A stretch of 64,000 nt of DNA from Nitrospinaceae bacterium. Its GTDB lineage: Bacteria; Nitrospinota; Nitrospinia; Nitrospinales; Nitrospinaceae. The first letter of the stretch is position 1, and each line of letters begins with the position of its first letter. This document shows, piece after piece, positions 46,863-56,884 of the stretch. Made by a program: the position numbers and the translations under genes. The notes below the pieces were generated by a model. The model searched no databases. It was not told where the DNA came from and worked only from the letters and a program-made list of their open reading frames with translations. The stretch spans positions 1,536,001 through 1,600,000 of the forward strand of contig OZ245011.1 in assembly GCA_965223665.1 (NCBI GenBank), given 5' to 3'.

Positions 46863-47054
46863 ATGAATAACCAGGCATTTCCTGTCATTTGGGCAGCAGG
46901 TTTTTACATATCTATTCTTATTTATCTTATTTGCTTCACCCTTTTAGTTTTGATTTCTTATCACCTTTGGCGGTTCAAAGAATCTTTAAAACATTATCCG
47001 GAAATCGCCAAAAAGGAAAATGATTCAAATTACGCCTCCCCTGCCAAAAATTAA
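46863..47054 (+). CDS. small single-TM membrane protein
   Basis: AGGAG RBS before ATG 46863; long hydrophobic helix. Confidence 0.6.
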   Translation: MNNQAFPVIWAAGFYISILIYLICFTLLVLISYHLWRFKESLKHYPEIAKKENDSNYASPAKN

Positions 47055-47102
47055 GGCAGGGTGTATTAAAAAATTTTTTAAAGTTTTTCATCGGAGGGGA
47101 AC

Positions 47103-47375
47103 ATGAAAAACTCAACAAGCTTTGCTTTAAAACAAAACTTAATTTGCAAAAAATGCGGACCCCAGGGTTTATTCGTTATTTTAAAAAGAGCCGGTGGCGG
47201 CCTTCTTGTCATTTCATTATTTTTTGTCTTGATCCTGCTCGTCGCCTCCTCCGTTTTAGAGAAAACCTTTGCCGTATCTATGGGAGCCACATTGATTTTT
47301 GCCCTAACGGTTTATGATGTATGGAAACATAATTTTGGACGAACGAAGTGCTCCGCTTGCAAACGCAGCGTATAA
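47103..47375 (+). CDS. small 2-TM protein with two CxxC motifs
   Basis: GGAGG RBS; CKKC ... CSAC flanking two TM helices. Confidence 0.65.
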   Translation: MKNSTSFALKQNLICKKCGPQGLFVILKRAGGGLLVISLFFVLILLVASSVLEKTFAVSMGATLIFALTVYDVWKHNFGRTKCSACKRSV

Positions 47376-47497
47376 CTTACGGCATTTTTTTTGAAGCATA
47401 GGCGGCACAATCTGGAAGTACCTCCCCCTGGGAAGGGTTAGGCCAACTTCGGCCTGCCCTTCCACTGTTTCTTCACTTAACAAATTCAACTATAATA

Positions 47498-48433
47498 ATG
47501 AAAGAAAATTATTTAGACCAAATACTACACTTATTCAAGCTTGTTTCCGGAGACACTTCTGTGAAAATACCCACCGTTGAATTCACACCTCAACAGGAAA
47601 CCCTCTCTGGCATTGAACTGTTAGAGCTGAAATCAGTTTATAAAAGATCTTCCAAACTCAAAGTCGACATGTTCGCGCCGCACCGGGTTCAGTTTCATCA
47701 TTTGATCTACATCACTCAAGGTTCCGGAACTCATTTCATCGATTTCCATGAGTACCCTTTTAAGAAAGGTAATATTATTTTCATCAATCAGCACCAGGTG
47801 CATGCGTTTGATTCTAAAAAACGCCATGAGGGTTTAATGGTTTTATTCACTCAGGAATTTATTGACTCCATTCAAACCAGTATTCGAGTCCCTGTGTTTT
47901 CCGCGGGGTTTTATTCTTCTTCGGTACGGCCTGTCTTAAAAGTAAAGAACGAATTGCAGAAAAGCTGTGAAACTTTACTGTCAGAAATGAAAGTCATCAA
48001 CGGCAAAAAACAATACGATCCTCTGCTTATGCAACTTTTATTCACCTCTCTCATTTTGAAACTGCACCGAGAGCGATCCGATTATAACCACCCTTCCCCC
48101 GGCGAAGTGCGACGGCAACAGTTTGCCCATTTCTTATCTCTGGTAGAAAAACACTTTGTGTCGGTAAGAGATGCGACCGACTACGCCAGGAAAATGGGCA
48201 TCACTTACAAAACACTCAATCAACTCTGCAAACAGGCGACCCGCCAAACCCCCAAGCAACTGATCGATGCCCACACCATCCTGGAAGCCAAACGCCGACT
48301 GGCTATCGAAAACGTTCAGGTGTCTGAACTCGCTTATGACCTGGGATTCGTAGAAGTCAGCAACTTTGTCAAATACTTTAAAAAGCACACCTCTCTCACC
48401 CCCAGCAAATTCAAAGAAACATTAAGCGGTTAG
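47498..48433 (+). CDS. AraC family transcriptional regulator
   Basis: Cupin PHR.QFH N-domain; ELAYDLGF..SNFVKYFKKHT.LTPSKF HTH. Confidence 0.95.
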   Translation: MKENYLDQILHLFKLVSGDTSVKIPTVEFTPQQETLSGIELLELKSVYKRSSKLKVDMFAPHRVQFHHLIYITQGSGTHFIDFHEYPFKKGNIIFINQHQVHAFDSKKRHEGLMVLFTQEFIDSIQTSIRVPVFSAGFYSSSVRPVLKVKNELQKSCETLLSEMKVINGKKQYDPLLMQLLFTSLILKLHRERSDYNHPSPGEVRRQQFAHFLSLVEKHFVSVRDATDYARKMGITYKTLNQLCKQATRQTPKQLIDAHTILEAKRRLAIENVQVSELAYDLGFVEVSNFVKYFKKHTSLTPSKFKETLSG

Positions 48434-48502
48434 ACATTTACCATTTTTTGGATGGGAATGACCTATTCCCTTTTGTGCCACATTGCTATCCTCCTTGAGA
48501 AA

Positions 48503-48739
48503 GAGACCTTTGCATAACAATAAATGTTGAACAAAACACAATAAACTTAAAGAAAAGATCCATGCGTTCCCTCTTTCCCAACCTAGCGGTTGGAAGCAGC
48601 AGACATATTAAAAGAGTTTCGGGAGATAGGGTCTTCACAAAAAATTATCGAGAATGAATTTTACTGGCAGGCGTTGGCCTGCGGGCTAGGGTGATTCACA
48701 TTCAGAGGTTTTATCTTTTCTTACTTACGCAAAGGTCTA
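48503..48739. mobile_element. intact MITE (237 bp) with 9-bp target-site duplication
   Basis: GAGACCTTTGCATAA ... TTACGCAAAGGTCTA; CTTGAGAAA at 48494-48502 and 48740-48748. Confidence 0.88.
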
Positions 48740-48775
48740 CTTGAGAAATATTAATCATCTCACCAGGAGGAACCC

Positions 48776-49552
48776 ATGAGCATTTCAAACAAAGAGAAAG
48801 CGGTGGCACTGCTTAACAGCATTGAATCCGGAGATCCTACACCGGTTTCATACATCAATCCCAATCAATACACTCAGCACAATTTAGCAGTGGCCGATGG
48901 CCTGCAAGGTTTTGGTGAATTAATGAAAGCGTTGCCACCGGGAAGCGCCAAAGTAAACGTTGTGCGTTCGTTTCAGGATGGAGACTTTGTATTCACGCAC
49001 ACGGACTATAATTTTTTCGGACCTAAGGTGGGTTTCGATGTATTTCGTTTTGAAAACGGAAAGATCGTAGAACACTGGGACAACCTAGCAGAAAAAGCAA
49101 GCGCTCCTAATCCCAGCGGTCACACTCAACTAGATGGTCCCACTGAGATTCAGGACATCACCAGTACCGAGTCCAATAAAAATTTGGTTAAGGATTTTCT
49201 GGAAACCATTCTGGTTGAAGGAAAGATGGATCAGTTGGGAAATTTTATTGAAGGCGATAACTATACTCAGCACAACACCGCAATCGCAGATGGATTGTCG
49301 GGATTGAGCCAGGCATTAGAAGCGATGGCAGAACAGGGAATCACCATGTCCTACACGAAAGTTCATAAAGTTCTCGGCGAAGGCAACTTTGTATTGGCAA
49401 TCAGCGAAGGATGCTTCGGAGGAAAATCTACATCTTTCTATGATTTATTCCGAGTGGATCAGGGAAAAATTGTAGAACACTGGGATGTGATTGAACCCAT
49501 TCCTCCGCAAAATGAGTGGAAAAACCAAAACGGAAAATTCGGGAATTTTTAG
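48776..49552 (+). CDS. tandem SnoaL/NTF2-like domain protein
   Basis: Two YTQHN..ADG..F..GKIVEHWD units; AGGAGG RBS. Confidence 0.9.
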   Translation: MSISNKEKAVALLNSIESGDPTPVSYINPNQYTQHNLAVADGLQGFGELMKALPPGSAKVNVVRSFQDGDFVFTHTDYNFFGPKVGFDVFRFENGKIVEHWDNLAEKASAPNPSGHTQLDGPTEIQDITSTESNKNLVKDFLETILVEGKMDQLGNFIEGDNYTQHNTAIADGLSGLSQALEAMAEQGITMSYTKVHKVLGEGNFVLAISEGCFGGKSTSFYDLFRVDQGKIVEHWDVIEPIPPQNEWKNQNGKFGNF

Positions 49553-49670
49553 CGCAACATGAAAGAAAAAATACATAGAGCTTTCTTTTTAGACGAAACT
49601 GTAAAGTTTATAAAACAATCCCCGGGTGTTTGACGCCTGAAAACACCGCGAGAATATAAAGGAGAATCCA

Positions 49671-50237
49671 ATGACACAGCAACATTCATCAAAAACTAAT
49701 AAATGGATAAGGTCCACATGGACTCTGACCGTTGTACTTGTGATTATGACTGCACTGGGCTTCACGGGTTTCGCGGTGGCCCAAAGTTCCGACACAGAGT
49801 TGACCGAAAAAGAGAAGGCCCACCTTGATAATTTCGATGACCTGGATTTCAACGTCTTTACCAACCAGAAGTGGGACGAGCTTGGAAGAAGCCACTCCCA
49901 GGACATTATCGTCCACTGGCCCGATGGGCGCGTGACTACTGGAATCCATCCACACATCGAGGACCTAAAGGCAATGTTCGTCTATGCACCGGACACGCGC
50001 ATTCGGGAACACCCTATCAAAATCGCTTCCGGTAATTGGACAGCCGTGACAGGAACTTTCGAAGGTACCTTCAGCCAACCAATGCCCATCGGCAATGGCA
50101 AGACAATCGCTCCAACGGGTAAGACTTTCAAACTTTCAATGGTAACCATTGGCCGATGGAAAAACGGAACGATGGCAGAGGAGTGGTTGTTTTGGGATAA
50201 CCAGACCTTCATGAAGCAAATCGGACTTGCCAAGTAA
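49671..50237 (+). CDS. SnoaL-like ester cyclase family protein with signal peptide
   Basis: GTF..P..G..IAPTGK.F..W..G...EEWLFWD. Confidence 0.88.
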   Translation: MTQQHSSKTNKWIRSTWTLTVVLVIMTALGFTGFAVAQSSDTELTEKEKAHLDNFDDLDFNVFTNQKWDELGRSHSQDIIVHWPDGRVTTGIHPHIEDLKAMFVYAPDTRIREHPIKIASGNWTAVTGTFEGTFSQPMPIGNGKTIAPTGKTFKLSMVTIGRWKNGTMAEEWLFWDNQTFMKQIGLAK

Positions 50238-50428
50238 GTATGCAATGAAAAACTCAAGGCTTTTGGCTCCTTATTCGAGAAGCCAACGCATGACACTAAA
50301 CGAGCAGGAAAAGTTCATCCATGAATATAAAGAAGATCCTGCCGGTAAAATGACCGATGGGTTAGTGAGCCAATATAATTTTGTTCTAAGTTTTTAACAA
50401 AACCTTAAATCCCGAGAGGATCATTACT

Positions 50429-50992
50429 ATGGAAAATCCAAACGCATCCAACGAATTTGGACCGATAGCAAAATCGTTTCACTGGATTATATTTCTTTTA
50501 TTCCTGTTTCAATTTGGAATTGCCATCGTCATGTATGGCGTCGCCACAGACGACTATTACCCGAAGGAATTATTCATGACCCATAAATCAGTGGGTGTGT
50601 TTCTTTTCTTTTTGGCAGTGGCCCGACTGCTATGGAGAAAACTCAACCCCTTGCCGCCCTGGCCGGATTCCATAACCGAGTTTGAAAAGAAAGCGTTTCA
50701 TTTTCTCGAAATCGGATTGTACACGGTAATGATTGTGATGCCTTTAAGTGGATACATTTTTTCGTTAGCAGGAGGTCACGGTTTTAAATTCTTCGGACTC
50801 TTTGACGTGCCGGATTTAATCGGGAAAAATGAAACGCTATCACTGATTGGAAAATACCTGCACCGAATCACCGCGTTTATCGTGGTGGCGTTTGTCTCTG
50901 CGCATGTTTCCTTAATCCTGCGCCAGCACTGCGATTCCAAAAATAAATACATCGAACGAATGTCATTTTTAAAATCAGAAAACAAAAATTAA
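50429..50992 (+). CDS. cytochrome b561 (CybB/YceJ-like)
   Basis: FHW, HKSVG, H..LY..MPLSG, H..H heme ligands. Confidence 0.9.
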   Translation: MENPNASNEFGPIAKSFHWIIFLLFLFQFGIAIVMYGVATDDYYPKELFMTHKSVGVFLFFLAVARLLWRKLNPLPPWPDSITEFEKKAFHFLEIGLYTVMIVMPLSGYIFSLAGGHGFKFFGLFDVPDLIGKNETLSLIGKYLHRITAFIVVAFVSAHVSLILRQHCDSKNKYIERMSFLKSENKN

Positions 50993-51129
50993 ACAAAAGC
51001 CTATCCAAGGAGTTCCCATAAAAATATCGTGGCCCCGCGAAATAACTTCATTCTTGTAAAATAAAATGAGACCAATCCCCGAAAAGTTCATCTTTATATG
51101 AAGGGGATTTTTGCCAAACTGAAAAGCTT

Positions 51130-51240
51130 GAAAACCCCCTGGAGGTCAATCACCCCAGCCCTCTTTAAAAAGAGGGAGCACATGGATCTCCTAAATATAT
51201 TTTTCTGTGTTCGTTCATCGCTTTCTTAAATGTAAAGCCC
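51130..51240 (-). repeat. degenerate inverted MITE-family copy
   Basis: AAAACCCCCTGGAGGTCAATCACCCCAGCCCTCTTTAAAAAGAGGGAGCACATGGATC. Confidence 0.6.
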
Positions 51241-51304
51241 TCTATTTAAATAGAGGAAGGATGGATTCAAGTACCTTATATATAGAACCAACTCGGGAGC
51301 TATT

Positions 51305-52816
51305 TTGGATAATACAACGGAAACCCTAAGCGAAACCGACAACAGGAGTCCGGAGTTTAACTTCGACAACAGTTACGCCCGCGCCTTTGAGGGCTTTTAT
51401 GTTTCCTGCGAGGCGGACCCGGCGAGTTCTCCGAAACTGTTGCTGTTCAACCGGGCTCTGGCCGAAGAGTTACGACTGGATCCGGATGCGCTCGATTCCG
51501 ATGCCGGCTTGGCGATTTTCTCGGGTAACGCCGTTCCCAACGGCGCCGAACCTTTAGCACAGGCTTATGCCGGTCACCAGTTTGGCGGGTTTGCCCCGCA
51601 ACTGGGAGACGGCCGCGCCCTGCTCCTCGGCGAAGTGATCGATATCAATAATAAACGCCGCGACATTCAGTTGAAAGGGTCAGGCCCCACTCCGTTTTCT
51701 CGAGGTGGCGACGGCAAAGCCGGCCTCGGTCCGGTACTCCGCGAATACATCATTGGTGAGGGCATGCATGCGTTGGGAATTCCCACCACTCGCGCACTGG
51801 CGGCGGTGACCACCGGCGAGAAGGTTTATCGCGAACGCGCTTTTCCCGGAGCCGTGCTCACGCGTGTGGCGGCGAGTCACATTCGCATTGGCACCTTCCA
51901 GTTTTTTGCAGGACGCGGCGGCGTGGAAAAAGTTCGCGCCCTTGCGGAATATTCCATTGCGCGGCACTACCCTGAAATCGCCGATGCGGAAAATCCGTTT
52001 CTGGAACTCTTTAAAGCTGTCGCCAATGCACAGGCAGCCCTGATCGCGAGATGGATGCAGGTCGGTTTCATTCACGGAGTCATGAACACCGACAACATGA
52101 CCATCTCCGGCGAGACGCTTGACTATGGACCCTGCGCGTTTATGGATACGTATCATCCGGGTACCGTGTTCAGTTCCATTGACCGACAGGGACGTTATGC
52201 CTATGCCAACCAGCCGGCCATTTTAGCCTGGAACCTGACGCGACTGGCAGAAACCTTGATCCCGCTGGTGGATCCGAACAAAGAAAAGTCCATCGGAATT
52301 TTGACCGAAGTCATCGAGGGTGTTCAATCGCTCTACGAAAAACACTGGCTGGCGGGAATGCGATCCAAAATCGGTTTAACCACCGAAGACTCCGAAGACA
52401 TGGACCTGGTAAAAGATCTGCTTTGGGTGATGCAGGACGGTGAAGCCGACTTCACACTTTTCTTTCGACGACTTTCGCAAGTGCTGCGAGGTGATTTTGA
52501 TTCCATACATAATAATATGGAACAGGTTGGCGCTCTGGAAGTCTGGACCCGACGCTGGCGAAAACGGTTGCAACAGGAAGGTGCGGATGCAGAGAAAACC
52601 GCCCAAGCTATGGACCGGGTGAACCCGATTTATATTCCACGCAATCATAAAGTTGAAGAAGCGCTGGACGCCGCGGTGGATCATGAAGACCTGATGCCTT
52701 TTACCAAATTACTTGCTGCGGTAAGCTGTCCTTTCGAAGAAGTCGACGGCAACGAAGCCTACGCCAATCCCCCCAAAGTTCCGGACCCCACCTACCAGAC
52801 CTTCTGTGGAACTTAA
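51305..52816 (+). CDS. selO: protein adenylyltransferase SelO (YdiU)
   Basis: YAGHQFG..LGDGRA, QLKGSG.TPFSRGGDG, GFIHGVMNTDN, DYGP, C-terminal TFCGT. Confidence 0.96.
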   Translation: MDNTTETLSETDNRSPEFNFDNSYARAFEGFYVSCEADPASSPKLLLFNRALAEELRLDPDALDSDAGLAIFSGNAVPNGAEPLAQAYAGHQFGGFAPQLGDGRALLLGEVIDINNKRRDIQLKGSGPTPFSRGGDGKAGLGPVLREYIIGEGMHALGIPTTRALAAVTTGEKVYRERAFPGAVLTRVAASHIRIGTFQFFAGRGGVEKVRALAEYSIARHYPEIADAENPFLELFKAVANAQAALIARWMQVGFIHGVMNTDNMTISGETLDYGPCAFMDTYHPGTVFSSIDRQGRYAYANQPAILAWNLTRLAETLIPLVDPNKEKSIGILTEVIEGVQSLYEKHWLAGMRSKIGLTTEDSEDMDLVKDLLWVMQDGEADFTLFFRRLSQVLRGDFDSIHNNMEQVGALEVWTRRWRKRLQQEGADAEKTAQAMDRVNPIYIPRNHKVEEALDAAVDHEDLMPFTKLLAAVSCPFEEVDGNEAYANPPKVPDPTYQTFCGT

Positions 52817-52886
52817 TGGCTGTTTAACTTCCGGCAATTGGGTTAAAATATCCTCGCGACCCTAAACCCTTTAATCAGAAAACAAA

Positions 52887-53300
52887 ATGTTACATTACGT
52901 TCGTGTTCAGAATGGCGGCGCACTGCCGGATATCAGCAACCTCAAACCTTTTAAGGCACTGGTTGTTATTGAAGAAGACATCTCGCCTGAGTGGCAGTCT
53001 CGAGCCTGCAAATGGCTGGTCGATTCAGGCTGTCTTTATATGATGGCCTGGGGAATCGATTGTGGCTCATGGGATGAAATGGTAGATTGGACCAATCTCG
53101 AACAGTGGGATTTTGGAGAGATTCCTAAAGAAGCATTTGTAATGACCACCTGGCATGAGGAACAACCCATTGAGGAAGCTTTTTTCTTTGCCAAACACGC
53201 CGCCGTTCATTCAACGGTTAAGTTGGATAACGTTCTCATATTCCACATTGGAAGGATTGACAAAGAAGCCGAGTTTGAATCTAAATTTTTGAGGGCTTAA
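52887..53300 (+). CDS. hypothetical protein
   Basis: 137-aa ORF, GCLYMMAWG..WDE..VMTTWH conserved-looking motifs. Confidence 0.75.
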   Translation: MLHYVRVQNGGALPDISNLKPFKALVVIEEDISPEWQSRACKWLVDSGCLYMMAWGIDCGSWDEMVDWTNLEQWDFGEIPKEAFVMTTWHEEQPIEEAFFFAKHAAVHSTVKLDNVLIFHIGRIDKEAEFESKFLRA

Positions 53301-53327
53301 AATTTTGTGGGACAAAGGTAAAATCTA

Positions 53328-53600
53328 ATGGGTCTGGATACGGTTGAATTAGTGCTTCGAGTTGAAGAAGAGTTTGACGTTATCATTCCTGATGAGGTTG
53401 CGGAGAAAATTATGACCGTGGGAAACTTTTGTGATGCTGTGATTCGGCTTCGACAAGAAAAATTCGGTGATTCAGTTTCTGATAATACGGACGAAGCAGT
53501 TTTTAAAAAGGTAAAAGAATTTATCATAGACCAACTGGGAGTGGAGCCAGACCTGGTTACGCGAGACGCGCATATAGTTGATGACCTGGGAGCGGACTGA
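53328..53600 (+). CDS. circularly permuted acyl carrier protein-like protein
   Basis: Begins LDTVEL..EEEFD..IPDE.AEKI.TV (ACP C-half) and ends KVKEFII.QLGV....DDLGAD (ACP N-half). Confidence 0.8.
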   Translation: MGLDTVELVLRVEEEFDVIIPDEVAEKIMTVGNFCDAVIRLRQEKFGDSVSDNTDEAVFKKVKEFIIDQLGVEPDLVTRDAHIVDDLGAD

Positions 53601-53640
53601 AAAGGTAGCGCACATGAATAAAGAATTGCCAAAATCATGG

Positions 53641-53665
53641 TACCTATATATACTATATATTGGTA
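53641..53665. promoter_or_regulatory. inverted repeat upstream of parDE, putative antitoxin operator
   Basis: TACCTATATA-N5-TATATTGGTA. Confidence 0.5.
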
Positions 53666-53687
53666 TATTACTTTCAGGGAGAGACGC

Positions 53688-53942
53688 ATGGCGAAACATA
53701 CGAGTATTGCTTTGGGCGATCATTTTAACGAGTTTATCGAGGATCAGTTAGCTCGTGGACGTTACGGATCTGCCAGTGAAATGGTTCGGGCTGGTTTGCG
53801 GTTATTGGAAGAGCATGAATCTAAAGTTGAAGCGTTACGTTCAGCGCTGGTCGAAGGAGAAGAAAGCGGACCCGCTAAAAGTTTTGATGCCGATCAATTC
53901 TTGTCTTCGGTGAAGAAAAAGAAAAGAAAAATAAATGGGTGA
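53688..53942 (+). CDS. parD: type II antitoxin ParD (RHH)
   Basis: TSIALGDHF..GRYGSASEMVRAGLRLLEE..LVEGEESG. Confidence 0.93.
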   Translation: MAKHTSIALGDHFNEFIEDQLARGRYGSASEMVRAGLRLLEEHESKVEALRSALVEGEESGPAKSFDADQFLSSVKKKKRKING

Positions 53943-54225
53943 TTATACCCTTCGGCCTAAAGCCAGGCAGGATTTAGAGAAAATCTGGTTTTACACATAT
54001 GAAAACTGGGGCGAAGATCAAGCCGATAGCTATATCTATGATATCGACAAAATGTTTCAAGAGTTGGCAGCCCATCCACAAAAAGGCCTATCCTGTGATG
54101 AAATTAGAGAAGGATACCGCAAACAATTTGTAGGAAAACATGTTATTTTCTATCGATTTTCTAAAAAGGGAATTGAAATCGTCCGCATCCTTCATCAAAG
54201 TATGGATATAGAGCGGCATTTATAA
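53935..54225 (+). CDS. parE: type II toxin, ParE/RelE family
   Basis: A.QDLE.IW.Y..WG..QA..Y..HVIFYR..IVRILHQSMD; overlaps parD. Confidence 0.93.
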   Translation: MGDYTLRPKARQDLEKIWFYTYENWGEDQADSYIYDIDKMFQELAAHPQKGLSCDEIREGYRKQFVGKHVIFYRFSKKGIEIVRILHQSMDIERHL

Positions 54226-54318
54226 ATCACTCTTATTTTACTCAATAACTGGCAATAAAATTTTCACCAGTGCATAGATGAATAATCAGTCATCTTATTT
54301 TAAAAAGAGAAAAATGAA

Positions 54319-54735
54319 ATGAACACAAGGAGTGAAATACATTGGAGTTTCTGGGTCATTGGTGTGGTTACTCTTTTGTTTAATCTAATGGGCGTCCTCA
54401 ATTATTTTATGCAGATGAATGCCGAGTCGCTTGACGCGTTTCCGGAAGTCTATCGCCCGATCATTGAAGGCCGACCGGCGTGGGCCACCGCAGCCTTTGC
54501 GGTCGCGGTTTTTGGTGGAGCTTTGGGCTGCCTTCTGCTTCTTTTTCGCAAGTCGGTTTCGTTTTATGTGTTCATTATTTCTTTCCTGGGCGTGATCCTT
54601 TCCATGATCCATATCTACCGCATCGCCGGGTTGAGTTCATTTGATGTTTGGATGGGAGTCTTGATGCAGTTGATCGTGACTGAATTTTTACTCTGGTATT
54701 CCAAACGAGCCGAGAGAAGGGGCTGGACTCAATAG
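54319..54735 (+). CDS. hypothetical 4-TM membrane protein
   Basis: PAWATAAFAVAVFGG.LG..LLL.RK pattern. Confidence 0.8.
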   Translation: MNTRSEIHWSFWVIGVVTLLFNLMGVLNYFMQMNAESLDAFPEVYRPIIEGRPAWATAAFAVAVFGGALGCLLLLFRKSVSFYVFIISFLGVILSMIHIYRIAGLSSFDVWMGVLMQLIVTEFLLWYSKRAERRGWTQ

Positions 54736-54779
54736 ACCAACCTGAAAATCAATCGCAGGTTTTTTAACCAAGGTGGAGA

Positions 54780-56393
54780 TTAGAAAATTTTCAGCAAGGT
54801 ATCTTGATTTTGGTTATTGTCTTTTTCCTTCTTGAGCAAATACACATCGATAGTTTGCATGAATTGAGTTAAATCGAAAGGTTTTTTGATGTAAGCCTTG
54901 AAACCGGCCTTCATGGCTCTTTTAATTTGCGTTTCCATCGCATTTGCACTGATCGCGATCACCGGGATCCTTTTGGTTTCTTCAAACGCCTTCAGTTTTT
55001 TTAACGCTTCTATTCCGTCCATATCCGGCAAATTGATATCCATTAAAATGAGCTCTGGTAAATGTTTGTGAGCCAGATCAATTCCCTCCTGCGCCTTAGG
55101 GGCCGAGAGCAATGAAATGTCTTCTCTACTTTCCAGAATCTGTTTCACTAAAGTCAGGTTGGCGGGATTGTCTTCTATATAAAGAACCTTATACCGGCCT
55201 TTGTTTTCCTTTAGTTTCGGAAGCATGACCAGGTTTTCTTTTTCTGTGGATCCCTTCTGCAACTCTTTACCCTCCGGGAGTCTAAGGGTAAAAGTACTTC
55301 CCTTCCCTATTACACTTTCCACCTCGATGGATCCATTCATCTTTTCAATTAAACGTTGGGTGATGGTAAGACCAATTCCCGTTCCTTCAATTTCAGTTTG
55401 GTCGCGATCCAACCGGTTAAATGGTTCAAAGATACTTTTGTGCTGTTCCGGAGAAATCCCCATACCGGTGTCCTTGACGGAAATACTCACTTTCCCCTTG
55501 GGGTTTTCCAAGGCATCTAAAGTGATGGATCCGTTTTCACTATTATATTTGATCGCATTAGTAAGCAGATTGAGTAGCACTTGCTTGAGCTTCGTGCGAT
55601 CTGCAAGGGCAAAAAGGTCTCCCTCCAGTTTATTATCCACGGTTATATTGCTTTTCTGCGCCATGGGTAAAACAAGATTAAGAGTCTCTAAAAAGACATC
55701 CGATAAATTAACATTCTCAATGGACAGCGTGATCTGGTTGGATTCAATGCGCGAAAGGTCGAGGACTTCTTCGATAAGCTCTAAAAGATGTTTTCCCCCT
55801 TTGACGATTTCACCTAAACGATTTTCCTGGGAGGGTGATAATGGATCTTTATTATCCTGACCCATGAGCTGGCCAAAACCCAGAATAGCGTTCAACGGGG
55901 TTCGTAATTCATGACTCATTCGAGATAAAAAATCGGACTTCGCCGCGTTGGCTTTTTCCGCCTCTTCCTTTGCAATCAGGATACCTCTTTCAGCAATTTT
56001 CATGCTGGAAATATCCATCGAGTCGGCCCGCACATAAATGAGATCCCCATCAGGATCAAAACAGGGACTGAACGTAGTACGAAACCAAATGACTCTTCCG
56101 TCCACCACAAAATGATACTCTGCCACACTCGTCTCCCCCTTAGTAGCACGATGCATATGTTCCTTAATAATTGCCTGAGTATCTTTGGGCGCAAATGGAG
56201 GAGGAAAGGATTTTCCATAATATTCTTCTATATTTTCTATCTTGAGTGCATTGACACCACACTGGCTCATGAATTGTAATTTTAAATCCGGATCGAAAAA
56301 TTTATGACATATGGGTGAAGACGCAATCATACCTTTTATATTCGGGTCCTCACTTAATGTTTCCAGCAGTATGGGTAAGGTCAGTTTATCCAT
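54780..56393 (-). CDS. cytoplasmic hybrid sensor histidine kinase (PAS-HisKA-HATPase-REC)
   Basis: MSHELRTPLN, NAIKYN, DTGMG, GTGIGL, EDN..MDINLP..KP; no TM. Confidence 0.95.
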   Translation of the reverse strand: MDKLTLPILLETLSEDPNIKGMIASSPICHKFFDPDLKLQFMSQCGVNALKIENIEEYYGKSFPPPFAPKDTQAIIKEHMHRATKGETSVAEYHFVVDGRVIWFRTTFSPCFDPDGDLIYVRADSMDISSMKIAERGILIAKEEAEKANAAKSDFLSRMSHELRTPLNAILGFGQLMGQDNKDPLSPSQENRLGEIVKGGKHLLELIEEVLDLSRIESNQITLSIENVNLSDVFLETLNLVLPMAQKSNITVDNKLEGDLFALADRTKLKQVLLNLLTNAIKYNSENGSITLDALENPKGKVSISVKDTGMGISPEQHKSIFEPFNRLDRDQTEIEGTGIGLTITQRLIEKMNGSIEVESVIGKGSTFTLRLPEGKELQKGSTEKENLVMLPKLKENKGRYKVLYIEDNPANLTLVKQILESREDISLLSAPKAQEGIDLAHKHLPELILMDINLPDMDGIEALKKLKAFEETKRIPVIAISANAMETQIKRAMKAGFKAYIKKPFDLTQFMQTIDVYLLKKEKDNNQNQDTLLKIF

Positions 56394-56796
56394 TATTATT
56401 TCTAAACTCTTTCAGAGTTTTTGGAGTAATAAATTTTTTTCAGGCGTTCCTATATTAATATTATAAACATTACATTCCCAGATAAAACCTTAATTAACAC
56501 TCAGTCTCTCTCCAAAACTATCCACACCCTCAATCTTGAGATAGAGTCGTTGTAAAAGGGGAACTTAAACGGGCAACGCGATAAGTTCTTTTTGAATAAA
56601 AATAAAAGTTTTCAGAAAAAATTAATTTCGGAATATGCCATATTTAGGGTAATTGTGGACCAACCGGTCTTCAAATTTAAATACGTTTTCTCGAAGAGAT
56701 CAGACGTGCAGTAAAAACATTTTCAAACAAGTTCTGTATCTAAACAATTCGAGGAAAATAAATTACCGAGGATTTCTTTGGACAGAAGGTCTTCAT

Positions 56797-56835
56797 AAAA
56801 AAACAAGGGTTACTGCGGTAGACGTAACCCTTGTT
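56797..56835 (-). terminator. intrinsic terminator of repeat gene 1
   Basis: AACAAGGGTTAC-10-GTAACCCTTGTT plus U-tract on the minus strand. Confidence 0.85.
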
Positions 56836-56884
56836 CGGAGAGGAGAGGCTGGAGAATCCGAATCCCCAGTCTCTTTGAGGCCCA

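Noticed and set aside
53598-53600. TGA recoding (Sec/readthrough) at the ACP serine position
   Set aside because: No evident SECIS-like hairpin downstream; the frame closes six codons later with no ACP similarity.
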